Below, piece by piece: positions 39,024-51,675 of a stretch of 64,000 bases of DNA. A program made the position numbers and the translations under genes. Origin of the DNA: Bacillota bacterium (GTDB taxonomy: Bacteria > Bacillota > Bacilli > Paenibacillales > Paenibacillaceae); contig JAEZCJ010000120.1 of NCBI GenBank assembly GCA_023433615.1, positions 8,357 to 72,356 on the forward strand, in the 5' to 3' direction. The notes beneath the pieces were generated by a model. It did no database searches. It was not told the DNA's origin and saw only the letters and a program-made list of their open reading frames with translations. Each line of letters opens with the position of its first letter. The stretch's first letter is position 1.

Positions 39024-39407
39024 ATGATGAGTTCGAATCGACAAGCGGCTTACGGCGCGGTCTATGCCGCCTTGGCCGTTGCTTTCGGCGCTTTCGGCGC
39101 CCATACGCTAGAAGACTTGATCCCGGCAGACAGCCTGGCTGTATTCGAGACAGCCGCGCGCTATCAGATGTATCATGCGCTGGCACTTCTCGTGATCGGG
39201 CTTGCGGCAGGCCAGATGGAGCATGCGGCCAAGGCTTGGCGCTGGGCGGGACGGCTGATCCACGCCGGCATTTGGATTTTCTCGGGCAGCCTGTACGCGC
39301 TTAGCCTATCCGGCATCAAGGTGCTTGGCGCGATCACGCCGATCGGCGGCGTCGCCTTCATCGCGGGCTGGCTCTGCGTGGTCGTCGCGCTGATGCGCAA
39401 AAAGTAG
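39024..39407 (+). CDS. DUF423 (YgdD-like) membrane protein
   Basis: 127 aa with 4 TM segments. AFGAFGAHTLEDL and ARYQMYHALALL are typical of DUF423. Confidence 0.8.
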   Translation: MMSSNRQAAYGAVYAALAVAFGAFGAHTLEDLIPADSLAVFETAARYQMYHALALLVIGLAAGQMEHAAKAWRWAGRLIHAGIWIFSGSLYALSLSGIKVLGAITPIGGVAFIAGWLCVVVALMRKK

Positions 39408-39589
39408 GGGCGGCAGTCCGATTCTGTCGAAATACTTAACCCCGTTAAAAAAAGAATGCCCTTCTGTTAATATTTCGATATAATGAAGTCAGTCAGGAAA
39501 ATGGATCCATCCATATATAGACATGCATGTTCGAATGGGCCGCTTATCGGACTTTCCGAACAACTTCGTTATAGGAAGGATGTTCGCGC

Positions 39590-41500
39590 TTGTTGATACA
39601 AGAGGCAGCTGATTCCGTGAAACAGCAGCAATTCGCGTTTCCTTCCGCAGGCAGGCGATGGTTCATTTCGCTCGCTGTCTGCTTCATTGCGCTACTCGGG
39701 GTCGGCGCGGCCCACTTCTTCGTTCCGAAGGGAACGTGGAGCAGCCTGTTGACCACAGGCGCGGGAGCAGCCCTGCTTCTGTCCGCCTTCTGTCTGTTGT
39801 TCGGCTTGAACCGTGCCTTGGCCGTTCGAAGCCGGCACGGCACCTTGCTGACGGAAGCGGCGGACTCGGTGTTCCGGCATAGTCCCTTCTCCATGGCCGT
39901 TCTGGATGAGTCGGGGCGGTTCCGCGAGGTGAACGACGGGACCGTGCACTTGCTCGGCTATGAGAAGAGCGAGCTGCTGGGCCAATTGTTCCTGCCGGTG
40001 ATCGAGACGGATAATCGGCTCGAGACCGCGGAAAGGTTCGAGGCCGCCCTGCAGGGCGACGTGCAGCAATTTTCGCTCATGATGAAGCACAAATCCGGCA
40101 TTCCCCTCGACGTGCAGGTGACGCTGACGCCGTATGCCTCGGCATTCGGCGCTCGGGGCGTCGTGCTGTTCAGCCAGGATATGAGCGACCGCAGGCGGAG
40201 CAGCGAGCGGATTCGGTATATGGCTTATTATGACGATATGACCGGCCTTCCTAACCGAAGATTGTACATGATGCAATTGACGGAAACCTTGTCGCGTCCG
40301 CGAACGGCCGATCGGCGCGCAGCGGTTCTCTATTTGGATCTGGATCGCTTCAAGCTCGTGAACGATTCGTTCGGCCGCGACTTCGGCGACATGCTGCTGC
40401 TCCAAGTGGCGGAACGGCTTACGCGTGACTTGGACGAGCACGACGTCGCTGCAAGGATGGAAGGCGACGAATTCGCGATCCTGTACGTGAGCGTAGCTAC
40501 GGACGAAGAAGCGCTCGAGCGCGCGCGCAAGCTGCTGGCGCTCCTGGAGGAGCCGTTCGAGCTGCAGGGACATCCGTTCCATATGAGCGCATCGATCGGC
40601 ATCGCGACGAACGGGGACGGGGCAACCGATCCGAACGTCGTGGTGAAGAAGGCGGACATCGCGCTCGGCACGGTCAAAGATAACGGTCGTAACGACTGCC
40701 TGCTCTACACGGGCGAACTGGACAACTCCTCGCTCGAGAAGCTCACGATGCAGCACGAGATGCGCAGGGCATTGGCGCAAGGCGAATTCATTCTCTATTA
40801 TCAGCCGCAGTACCGGATCGAGACGGGCGAAGTCGTCGGACTCGAGGCGTTAGTGCGCTGGCAGCATCCGGAACGGGGGATGATCCCGCCGGGCATGTTC
40901 ATCTCCATCGCCGAGGAGAGCGGATTGATCGTTCAATTGGGCGATTGGGTACTCGCCGAGGCATGCAGGCAGAATAAGGAATGGCAGGAGCAAGGGCTGC
41001 CGCCTGTGCCCGTGTCGGTCAATCTCTCGATTAGGCAGTTCCTGCAGCAGAACCTGACGGACAAGGTCGCTTCCGTGCTGGAGGAGACCGGTCTTGCGCC
41101 GCAATACTTGGATTTGGAGATTACCGAATCGATGACGATGGACGTGCAGTATGCGTCTGCCCAATTGATCGAACTGTCCAAGCTTGGCGTCGGGATCAGC
41201 GTCGATGATTTCGGCACGGGATACAGTTCCTTTCACTATCTGAAGAACTTCCCGATCAATCGCTTGAAGATCGATCGATCATTCGTGCGCGACATTCAGC
41301 AGGACCCGAATGATGCGGCGATCGTAGCCGCGATCATCGCGATGGCGCATAACATGAATTTGCAAGTCATTGCTGAGGGCGTGGAGACAGAGGAGCAGCT
41401 GTTCTTCCTGAGGAAGCACCGCTGCGACGAGATGCAGGGCTATTACCGCAGCCCGCCTGTGCCTTCGCCTCAGATCGCGGGATTGCTGCGCCCATCATAA
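39590..41500 (+). CDS. Membrane PAS-GGDEF-EAL protein (variant EGDEF site, intact EAL)
   Basis: Two N-terminal TM segments, then PAS. The GGDEF domain has EGDEF at nt 40460-40474 and no RxxD I-site. The EAL domain carries LEALVRW, DDFGTGYSS, LKIDRSF, EGVET and QGYY. TTG start 9 nt after AGGAAGGA. Confidence 0.9.
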   Translation: MLIQEAADSVKQQQFAFPSAGRRWFISLAVCFIALLGVGAAHFFVPKGTWSSLLTTGAGAALLLSAFCLLFGLNRALAVRSRHGTLLTEAADSVFRHSPFSMAVLDESGRFREVNDGTVHLLGYEKSELLGQLFLPVIETDNRLETAERFEAALQGDVQQFSLMMKHKSGIPLDVQVTLTPYASAFGARGVVLFSQDMSDRRRSSERIRYMAYYDDMTGLPNRRLYMMQLTETLSRPRTADRRAAVLYLDLDRFKLVNDSFGRDFGDMLLLQVAERLTRDLDEHDVAARMEGDEFAILYVSVATDEEALERARKLLALLEEPFELQGHPFHMSASIGIATNGDGATDPNVVVKKADIALGTVKDNGRNDCLLYTGELDNSSLEKLTMQHEMRRALAQGEFILYYQPQYRIETGEVVGLEALVRWQHPERGMIPPGMFISIAEESGLIVQLGDWVLAEACRQNKEWQEQGLPPVPVSVNLSIRQFLQQNLTDKVASVLEETGLAPQYLDLEITESMTMDVQYASAQLIELSKLGVGISVDDFGTGYSSFHYLKNFPINRLKIDRSFVRDIQQDPNDAAIVAAIIAMAHNMNLQVIAEGVETEEQLFFLRKHRCDEMQGYYRSPPVPSPQIAGLLRPS

Positions 41501-41510
41501 GAAGGACAAG

Positions 41511-41552
41511 AACGGCCGAATCGGCTGCCAAGGGCAGGGCGATTCGGCCGTT
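41511..41552. terminator. Bidirectional terminator between the GGDEF-EAL gene and the convergent gene
   Basis: Perfect 13-bp stem AACGGCCGAATCG (41511-41523) / CGATTCGGCCGTT (41540-41552). Confidence 0.75.
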
Positions 41553-41558
41553 GTGACG

Positions 41559-42110
41559 TTACTCGTGAAAATCATCGATCTCGTTCAAGCTGAACGTGTA
41601 GACTTGTTTCTCGTCGACGTGATACACCGTAATGGTATGCTTCGATTCGTCGAAGCTGAGGATGCGGCAGGGCACGCTCAGCTTCACGCCGCGTCCTTTG
41701 TTGACTTCGAGCCGGATCAGCTTGTTGCCCGCGATATATTTCCGAATTCGATTGGTTGCGTCATCCTGATCGTTCGGCTTGGCTGCGGCTTGCGCTTTTT
41801 TCGTATCCGACTTCGCGTCGACCTTTGTTTCTCCTTTTGTCTCCGCCTTCGCCTCCGACTTCGTCTCTGCCTTCGTCTGCAGCTTCTGCGGGATATGGAT
41901 CGGCTTATGCGACGACGGATCCGCCATAGCCTGCTGAATCAATCTGCCCATCTGTTGGCCGGCATGGATCCGGTAATCTGCGATGCTCGTATCGCCCAAT
42001 AGGCGAAGGAGCAATTCAAGAGCTTTGGCATTCGATTCGCTGTCGATCAGCAAATCTACGTTGAACAGGTAACTTTTCTTGCCTGCAGCTCCTTCGGATG
42101 ATTTCATCAT
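41559..42110 (-). CDS. Hypothetical two-domain protein with a Lys/Glu/Thr/Ala repeat linker
   Basis: 183 aa. The central part, KAETKSEAKAETKGETKVDAKSDTKK, is encoded by imperfect short tandem repeats (about 41771-41888). The C-terminal about 60 aa are beta-rich (LIRLEVNKGRGVKLSVPCRILSFDESKHTITVYHVDEKQVYTF). I recognise no family. Confidence 0.6.
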   Translation of the reverse strand: MMKSSEGAAGKKSYLFNVDLLIDSESNAKALELLLRLLGDTSIADYRIHAGQQMGRLIQQAMADPSSHKPIHIPQKLQTKAETKSEAKAETKGETKVDAKSDTKKAQAAAKPNDQDDATNRIRKYIAGNKLIRLEVNKGRGVKLSVPCRILSFDESKHTITVYHVDEKQVYTFSLNEIDDFHE

Positions 42111-42299
42111 TCACTCCGTCCCTTACACTTTTTTTATAACCCAATATAGCATTTCTGCCCTGACAAGCATAGTCCCCAAGGCCTACTAAATTCATCCGTA
42201 AACGCTCAGGCAGATGCCTTGCCGCCTTGTGCAGCGCCTGCATATGCTGAATGAGAAAGGCATAGGCTGGCAAGCAAGCCCATGGAAGGTGGTATGGCG

Positions 42300-42602
42300 A
42301 TGATTCGCATGGTTCCGTATGCGCTGGGAGACAGCACGGTGATCGGCGTCGAGGTGAAGCTGCCGCTGACCACGCTGCTCGCAATATCGACTAACAAAGG
42401 CTACATTATGTGCGGAGCGCTGGATGTGGCGCTGTTGAACGACAAGCTCAAGGATCGGGGGATCATTGCCGGCCGAGCGGTAGGCGTCCGATCGTTGGAG
42501 CAATTGCTCGAAGCGCCGCTCGAATCCGTGACGCATGCGGCGGAGGCGATCGGCATACATCCCGGCATGAAGGGCATCGACGCGCTGAAGCTCATGGTGT
42601 GA
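42300..42602 (+). CDS. yunC: DUF1805 protein (YunC-like)
   Basis: KGYIMCGALDVALLNDKL matches B. subtilis YunC. ATG 42300 lies 8 nt after GGAAGGTGG. The ORF opens at 42282. Confidence 0.75.
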   Translation: MIRMVPYALGDSTVIGVEVKLPLTTLLAISTNKGYIMCGALDVALLNDKLKDRGIIAGRAVGVRSLEQLLEAPLESVTHAAEAIGIHPGMKGIDALKLMV

Positions 42603-42711
42603 AGCGGCCGTCGGTTATCCTCCCAACAAGAGGCCTCCTGGATGCCAGCGTCGTTCATGCACGCGCGCTGGCCGCCCAGGAGGCTTCTCTACCTTCGGCT
42701 GAACTATGCGA

Positions 42712-43785
42712 TTATGCGGTCGGGATCGATTCGAACAGTTTCTTCAGATTCGCTTCGAACGGTGCGCGAACGATTCCCTTCTCGGTAATGATTGCATCTA
42801 CGTATTCATGCGGCGTAACGTCGAATGCCGGATTGAACACCTTCACGCCTTGCGGCGCGGTTCGCTTGCCGAAGCCTTCCGTAATCTCTTCCGGCAACCG
42901 TTCTTCGATCGGGATACCGGCCCCGGTCGGCGTCTCGAGATCGATGGTCGACATCGGACAAGCCACGTAGAACGGGATGCCGTGCGCCTTGGCGAGAACC
43001 GCTACGCTGTAAGTACCGATTTTGTTGGCGACATCGCCGTTGGCCGCGACGCGGTCCGTGCCGACGATGACGGCGTTCACCCATCCCTTGGACATGACCA
43101 TGCCGGCCATATTGTCGCAGATGAGCGTGACATCGACGCCGGCTTGATGCAGCTCGAATGCGGTCAGCCGAGCCCCTTGCAATACGGGGCGCGTCTCGTT
43201 GGCGAACACCTTCAAGCTAATGCCGCGCTCTTGCGCCAGGTAGAACGGAGCAAGTGCGGTGCCGTACTTCGAGGTGGCCAGTCCGCCCGCGTTGCAGTGC
43301 GTCAAGACGCCCATGCCATCTTGGAAAAGCGTCAGCGCGTGCTCCCCGATCAGCCGATTCGTCTCTTCGTCCTCGCTGTGGATCGCGATCGCTTCCGTCG
43401 TCAGCGCTTCCTGGCATTGCGCGGCAGCGAGACCGCTCGCGCTAAGCGTCGCTGCACGTGCTTTCATGCGGTCGAGCGCCCAGAACAGGTTGACGGCGGT
43501 CGGACGCGATGTAGCCAAATATTCGGCATGCCGAATGACCGTGGCGAGCCAGTCCGCTGCGCTGCCCGCAGCGGCAGAGCGGGCACCCAGCACGACGCCG
43601 TATGCAGCGGCAATGCCGATCGCCGGCGCGCCGCGCACCTTCAGGTGCCGGATCGCCTCCCAGATGTCTTCGGAGCTCGTAAGCTCGAGATACAGGATCT
43701 GCTCGGGCAGCAGACGCTGGTCGAGCAGATCAACGTGTTCGCCGGTCCAGATGACCGGCTGCAGAGCGTGTTCGGTAGATGTCAT
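42712..43785 (-). CDS. mtnA: S-methyl-5-thioribose-1-phosphate isomerase
   Basis: 357 aa, eIF-2B alpha/beta/delta-like. Motifs: [13 protein letters not shown]-like ([19 protein letters not shown]), [10 protein letters not shown] and [19 protein letters not shown]. Confidence 0.92.
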   Translation of the reverse strand: MTSTEHALQPVIWTGEHVDLLDQRLLPEQILYLELTSSEDIWEAIRHLKVRGAPAIGIAAAYGVVLGARSAAAGSAADWLATVIRHAEYLATSRPTAVNLFWALDRMKARAATLSASGLAAAQCQEALTTEAIAIHSEDEETNRLIGEHALTLFQDGMGVLTHCNAGGLATSKYGTALAPFYLAQERGISLKVFANETRPVLQGARLTAFELHQAGVDVTLICDNMAGMVMSKGWVNAVIVGTDRVAANGDVANKIGTYSVAVLAKAHGIPFYVACPMSTIDLETPTGAGIPIEERLPEEITEGFGKRTAPQGVKVFNPAFDVTPHEYVDAIITEKGIVRAPFEANLKKLFESIPTA

Positions 43786-43801
43786 GAGGCAGGTTTCCTT
43801 T

Positions 43802-45013
43802 CTATTCGCGCAGCGCGTTCTCGGCGATGGCGATGACTTCTTCGATGGAGGATGCCTTGCGATTGTTCAGGATCATCGCTTTGCCGATGCGGAGCGCGAT
43901 GCGCTGCGCGTTCTCGCGAAGCGCGGCGTCCGGTATTTTGTCGATATCGGCAACATGGGCGAGACCGACGATGCGGCGCACCATCTTGCATCCGGCATAT
44001 CCGATGGAATCCTGCAGCAGCCGCAGCATATAGTCGTTCTTATAAGCTTCGCTCGAGCGAGCGAGACGATCGACGCAGTCCTGCTCCCACAGGCTGCGGA
44101 ACTTCGCTTCGAAGCTTGCCCATACCGAACGGACCGTGTCCAGCAGATAGGCGCGGTAGTCGGATCGGCCGGCATCGTCGGCACTCCAATGTACTTGACC
44201 GGCATAGTTGAGCAGCAGGTTGGCGATGACTGCGCCGATATCGTATCCCATCGGACCGTAATAAGCGAACTCGGGGTCGATGACCTTCGTCGAATCCGGA
44301 CGGATGAAGATGCTGCCCGTATGAAGGTCGCCGTGGAGCAGGGCTTGTCCTTGCGTCAGGAACTTCTCGCGCAGCAGGGCGACTTCGAGATGAAGCGCCT
44401 GGTTCGTGCGAAGGGCTTCGGCTTCGTCCTCGATCGCCGCTTCGTAATTATTGTTCGAAGAGACGGTATACGGATCGTCGAAGATGAGATCTTCGGTTAT
44501 TTTGCACAATTCCGGATTAATGAATCGGCCGGCCTGCAGCTTCTTGTCCTGCTGGTTCATCCCGAGGTCCGAAGTGTAGAACAGCGTATTCGCCAAGAAG
44601 GTCGAGATGTCGTCGGCGAACTTCGGATAACGGCCCAGCTCCATCAGGCCTCTCCGCATGATGACGTGGTCGCTCAGGTCTTCCATGATCGTAAGCGCTA
44701 AGATGGGATCATAAGCGTACACGCGGGGGACGAGACCTTCGGCGAGACGTCCTTCGATGACGAGCGCTTCGCTCTCGATTCTAGCGCGGTCCAGCGTGAG
44801 CGGCCATGATTCGCCGACCACCTTGGCATAAGGCAGCGCCTGCTTCATAATCAAGCTGCGGCCGGATACGGCATCCGTAATGTGAAAGACGAGGTTCAGG
44901 TTGCCGTCGCCGATCTCGCGGCTGGATAGTGCCGCATCGGGAGGGAAGACTTCTTGAATGCGGGCTGCGATCTCGATCGCTTCTTGTTCGGTTAACGGAT
45001 GGTAAGCTGACAT
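43802..45013 (-). CDS. mtnK: S-methyl-5-thioribose kinase
   Basis: 403 aa. [12 protein letters not shown] and [12 protein letters not shown] are kinase motifs typical of MtnK. RBS GGAGGTG. It lies 16 nt upstream of mtnA. Confidence 0.92.
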   Translation of the reverse strand: MSAYHPLTEQEAIEIAARIQEVFPPDAALSSREIGDGNLNLVFHITDAVSGRSLIMKQALPYAKVVGESWPLTLDRARIESEALVIEGRLAEGLVPRVYAYDPILALTIMEDLSDHVIMRRGLMELGRYPKFADDISTFLANTLFYTSDLGMNQQDKKLQAGRFINPELCKITEDLIFDDPYTVSSNNNYEAAIEDEAEALRTNQALHLEVALLREKFLTQGQALLHGDLHTGSIFIRPDSTKVIDPEFAYYGPMGYDIGAVIANLLLNYAGQVHWSADDAGRSDYRAYLLDTVRSVWASFEAKFRSLWEQDCVDRLARSSEAYKNDYMLRLLQDSIGYAGCKMVRRIVGLAHVADIDKIPDAALRENAQRIALRIGKAMILNNRKASSIEEVIAIAENALRE

Positions 45014-45208
45014 GCGTGACGCACCTCCAATAGATAAATTCGTTCGTTCCTGTCGCGTATATCATGCTTCGCGCATCGCGCGGCGCGGCGCGAGCGTTGC
45101 TGAATAACCGATTTTTGAACAACCTCTAGTATAATGGATATTATTTCGCGTTGGAATACCTGCTTTGTTATAATGGATACGGAATGGACGGATATGGGGG
45201 TCGAACGG

Positions 45209-45799
45209 ATGAACGAAGGCATGGCGAATCACGAAGCGCCGATCGCTGCGCTAAAGGAATGGGCTTCGGCGATCGAAGCGCTGGGAGCAGGCGAGCAGAT
45301 CATGCTCATGCGCAAAGGGGGCATCGTCGAGGAGACGAAGGATTTTCGGCTGGTAAGCCCAAGATTCTATCTGATGCCTACCTACGAGCACCAGCGGCGG
45401 GAGCTCCTGAAGGAGCCCTATCGGGGCTTGGTCGACCGCACGATCGACGAATGGGACCCGCAGGCCCGGACGGTCAGGATCGCGTATTATGCGGAGGCCG
45501 TGCACGATCTGGAAATCGACGACCAAGCGATGTTGGACAAGCTGCGGGAGTTCCATATATGGACCGATGCATTCGCGGACGAGCGTCTGAAGTGGAAGCG
45601 GAAGCAGCCGCTTCATGTGCTGCTGCTGCGCGTTTACCGCCTGAGCCAACCGATCGATATTCCGCTGCTCGACGCTTATACGGGCTGCAAGTCGTGGGTA
45701 TCGCTGGAGCGTAAGATGCCGAGCATGGACCGAAGTCCCGTGCTATCGGACGAAATGTTTCAAGAAGTTGTGACAAATATCATAGAATCGCTCGATTAA
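45209..45799 (+). CDS. DUF1802-like protein
   Basis: IAALKEWASAIEALGAGEQIMLMRKGGIVEE...FYLMPTYEHQ resembles DUF1802 as I recall it. ATG 45209 lies 8 nt after GGGGG. The ORF opens at 45134 inside the promoter region. Confidence 0.6.
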   Translation: MNEGMANHEAPIAALKEWASAIEALGAGEQIMLMRKGGIVEETKDFRLVSPRFYLMPTYEHQRRELLKEPYRGLVDRTIDEWDPQARTVRIAYYAEAVHDLEIDDQAMLDKLREFHIWTDAFADERLKWKRKQPLHVLLLRVYRLSQPIDIPLLDAYTGCKSWVSLERKMPSMDRSPVLSDEMFQEVVTNIIESLD

Positions 45800-45875
45800 C
45801 CGTTTTCACTGCATGTTCCGGGGGCGTTCGTTTGTTGATTTGTAACGAAACTTATACTAAAATGATTATAAACAG

Positions 45876-45894
45876 TGAGAATCAATGAGAATCA
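45876..45894 (+). repeat. Tandem 9-mer TGAGAATCA x2 (10-nt period) upstream of sufC; candidate operator
   Basis: TGAGAATCA occurs at 45876-45884 and again at 45886-45894, 40 nt upstream of the sufC ATG. Confidence 0.3.
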
Positions 45895-45933
45895 TTTGAA
45901 GGATAGCATATTCGGAAGGGGACATATCAAATC

Positions 45934-46713
45934 ATGGCAACTCGTTTCACGATTGACGGCCTGAAGGCGGCCATAGAAGGCAAAGAAATTCTGAAGGGCA
46001 TCAACATCGACATCAAGGGCGGAGAAATCCACGCGATCATGGGACCGAACGGCACGGGGAAGAGTACGCTCGCTTCGGCGATCATGGGGCATCCCAAATA
46101 TGAAGTAACGGAAGGCACGGCGCTCTTGAACGGCGAGGACGTATTGGAGATGGGCGTTGACGAGCGCGCTCGCGCGGGCCTGTTCCTCGCGATGCAGTAT
46201 CCGAGCGAAATTTCTGGCGTCACGAACTCCGACTTCCTGCGCAGCGCGATCAATGCACGCCGCGGCGAAGGCAACGAGATCTCGCTCATCAAGTTCATCC
46301 GCCAGATGGAAGGCAAGATGAAGGAACTCGAGATGAATCCCGAGTTCGCGCACCGCTATCTGAACGAAGGCTTCTCCGGCGGCGAGAAGAAGCGGAACGA
46401 GATTCTGCAAATGATGCTGCTTGATCCGAAGCTCGTCATTCTCGACGAGATCGACTCCGGCCTCGATATCGACGCGCTCCGAATCGTTGCTGCAGGCGTG
46501 AACGCGATGCGCTCCGAGGAACGCGGATTCTTGATCATCACGCACTACCAGCGTTTGTTGAATTACATTACGCCAGACTACGTACACGTTATGATGCAGG
46601 GCCGCATCGTCAAATCCGGCGGATCGGAGCTAGCCGAGCGTCTTGAGGCGGAAGGCTACGATTGGGTCAAGGAAGAGCTGGGCATCGTCGACGAAACCGT
46701 CGGTCAAGCTTAA
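45934..46713 (+). CDS. sufC: Fe-S cluster assembly ATPase SufC
   Basis: Walker A GPNGTGKST, signature FSGGEKKRNEILQ, Walker B LVILDEIDSGLD. Confidence 0.95.
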   Translation: MATRFTIDGLKAAIEGKEILKGINIDIKGGEIHAIMGPNGTGKSTLASAIMGHPKYEVTEGTALLNGEDVLEMGVDERARAGLFLAMQYPSEISGVTNSDFLRSAINARRGEGNEISLIKFIRQMEGKMKELEMNPEFAHRYLNEGFSGGEKKRNEILQMMLLDPKLVILDEIDSGLDIDALRIVAAGVNAMRSEERGFLIITHYQRLLNYITPDYVHVMMQGRIVKSGGSELAERLEAEGYDWVKEELGIVDETVGQA

Positions 46714-46736
46714 GCGGAGAGGGGCGAGAAGGCAAC

Positions 46737-49673
<2,937 letters not shown>

Positions 49674-49755
49674 ATCGAACGAAGCAATGCGCAAACATTG
49701 AAGCATTGAAGCATTGCGAGCATACGGAATCATCACTACTAAGGGGGTAAGCACG

Positions 49756-51153
49756 ATGGCGAAGCAAATGCCGGATCTTGAAGAGTACAAGTATGGCTTC
49801 CGCGACGAGCATAAGGCGATATTCCAGTCGGGTAAAGGCTTGACGCCGGAGATCGTCCGCACAATCTCCGAGATGAAGGGCGAGCCGGAATGGATGCTCG
49901 ACTTCCGTCTGAAGTCGCTGGAGCAATTCAACAAGATGCCGATGCCGCGCTGGGGCGGCAACATGGACGATCTGGACTTCGACGACATTCAGTATTATGT
50001 CAGACCGTCCGAGAAGCAGGGCAAGACTTGGGAGGAAGTCCCGACCGAGATTAAGGAAACGTTCGATAAGCTGGGCATTCCGGAAGCCGAGCAGAAATTC
50101 CTTGCCGGCGTGTCGGCGCAATATGAATCCGAGGTTGTCTATCACAGCATGCAGGAAGACCTCGAGAAGCAAGGCGTCATCTTCACGGATACGGATACGG
50201 CGCTGCGCGAGCATCCGGAGATATTCCGCGAGTACTTCGGTACGATCATCCCGCCGAACGATAACAAATTCGCTGCGCTGAACAGCGCAGTCTGGTCCGG
50301 AGGCAGCTTCATCTACGTGCCGAAGGGCGTGAAGTGCGAAGTTCCGCTGCAAGCCTACTTCCGGATCAACTCCGAGAACATGGGCCAATTCGAACGGACG
50401 CTCATCATCGCTGACGAAGGCAGCTCCGTTCACTATGTCGAAGGATGCACGGCGCCGATCTACAGCACGAACTCGCTGCACAGCGCGGTCGTCGAGATTC
50501 TTGCGAAGAAGGATGCACGCGTGCGCTACACGACGATTCAGAACTGGGCACCGAACATCTACAACCTCGTCACGAAGCGCGCTGTCGCCGAAGAGAACGC
50601 GACAATGGAGTGGGTAGACGGCAACATCGGCTCCAAGTTGACGATGAAGTACCCGGCTGTTGTCCTGAAGGGCCGCGGCGCGAAGGGCATGGTGCTCTCG
50701 ATCGCCGTCGCAGGCAAGGGTCAGCATCAAGACGCTGGCGCGAAAATGACCCACCTTGCGCCGGACACGTCCTCGACGATCGTCTCCAAGTCGATCTCGA
50801 AGCACGGCGGCAAGGTGACGTATCGCGGTCTCGCATCGTTCGGACGCAATTCCGACGGCGCCAAAGCCAACATCAAGTGCGATACGCTGATTCTCGATAA
50901 CGAGTCGACATCGGATACGATTCCGTATAACGAGATTATGAACGATAACATCACGCTCGAGCATGAGGCGACCGTCTCCAAGGTGTCGGAAGACCAGCTC
51001 TTCTACCTGATGAGTCGCGGCCTGTCCGAAGCGGAAGCGACGCAGATGATCGTCATGGGCTTCATCGAACCGTTCACGAAGGAACTGCCGATGGAATATG
51101 CGGTCGAGATGAATCGTCTGATCAAGTTCGAGATGGAAGGCAGCATAGGTTAA
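49756..51153 (+). CDS. sufB: Fe-S cluster assembly protein SufB
   Basis: [36 protein letters not shown], and the C-terminal [28 protein letters not shown] 49756. The ORF opens at 49714. Confidence 0.95.
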   Translation: MAKQMPDLEEYKYGFRDEHKAIFQSGKGLTPEIVRTISEMKGEPEWMLDFRLKSLEQFNKMPMPRWGGNMDDLDFDDIQYYVRPSEKQGKTWEEVPTEIKETFDKLGIPEAEQKFLAGVSAQYESEVVYHSMQEDLEKQGVIFTDTDTALREHPEIFREYFGTIIPPNDNKFAALNSAVWSGGSFIYVPKGVKCEVPLQAYFRINSENMGQFERTLIIADEGSSVHYVEGCTAPIYSTNSLHSAVVEILAKKDARVRYTTIQNWAPNIYNLVTKRAVAEENATMEWVDGNIGSKLTMKYPAVVLKGRGAKGMVLSIAVAGKGQHQDAGAKMTHLAPDTSSTIVSKSISKHGGKVTYRGLASFGRNSDGAKANIKCDTLILDNESTSDTIPYNEIMNDNITLEHEATVSKVSEDQLFYLMSRGLSEAEATQMIVMGFIEPFTKELPMEYAVEMNRLIKFEMEGSIG

Positions 51154-51182
51154 CCAGCATAATTGCATAATTACGAATGTTT

Positions 51183-51305
51183 TCTAGGGTTCCGCAACTT
51201 CAGGTTGGTCTGGTCCGAGAGAAAACTCACAGCAATGCTGTGTCACGGAAGGATAAAAGCCTGGGAGAAACTGTTTACAGTTTTCTCTTAGGCTTTTTGT
51301 TTTTG
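51183..51305 (+). promoter_or_regulatory. Guanidine-I (ykkC-yxkD) riboswitch with terminator expression platform
   Basis: The conserved blocks CTAGGGTTCCG (51185-51195), GGTCCGAGAG (51212-51221) and ACGGAAGGATAAAAGCCTGGGAGA (51245-51268) match the ykkC motif. The 3' aptamer strand AAGCCTGGGAGAAACTG can instead pair with CAGTTTTCTCTTAGGCTT, which is followed by TTTTGTTTTTG (terminator). It lies directly upstream of ykkCD homologs. Confidence 0.85.
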
Positions 51306-51330
51306 TCATCATAACAATGGAGGTGCCACT

Positions 51331-51675
51331 TTGTTTAGTAAAGACTGGACTAAAGTCATTATTGCTGCTTTCTTTGAAGTGTTTTGGGTTATTGGTTTAA
51401 AACATGCGAATGACTTATGGACTTGGGCTGGAACTGCCATTGCGATCTTGATCAGCTTCTACTTCATGATCATGGCCGGACGAAAACTCCCTGTGGGAAC
51501 TGTATATGCAGTATTTGTTGGTCTAGGTACAACCGGAACAGTTATATCAGAGATTGTATTCTTCAGTGAACCATTTAATGGCGGGAAAATACTCTTAATT
51601 GCAGTTTTGTTGACAGGAGTCATCGGCTTGAAATTCGTTACGAAGGACGAAGTTCATAAAGGGGATGAAAGGTAA
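51331..51675 (+). CDS. ykkC: SMR-family guanidinium exporter subunit (YkkC/Gdx)
   Basis: 114 aa. [15 protein letters not shown] and [26 protein letters not shown] are near-identical in pattern to B. subtilis YkkC. TTG start after GGAGGTG. Confidence 0.9.
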   Translation: MFSKDWTKVIIAAFFEVFWVIGLKHANDLWTWAGTAIAILISFYFMIMAGRKLPVGTVYAVFVGLGTTGTVISEIVFFSEPFNGGKILLIAVLLTGVIGLKFVTKDEVHKGDER

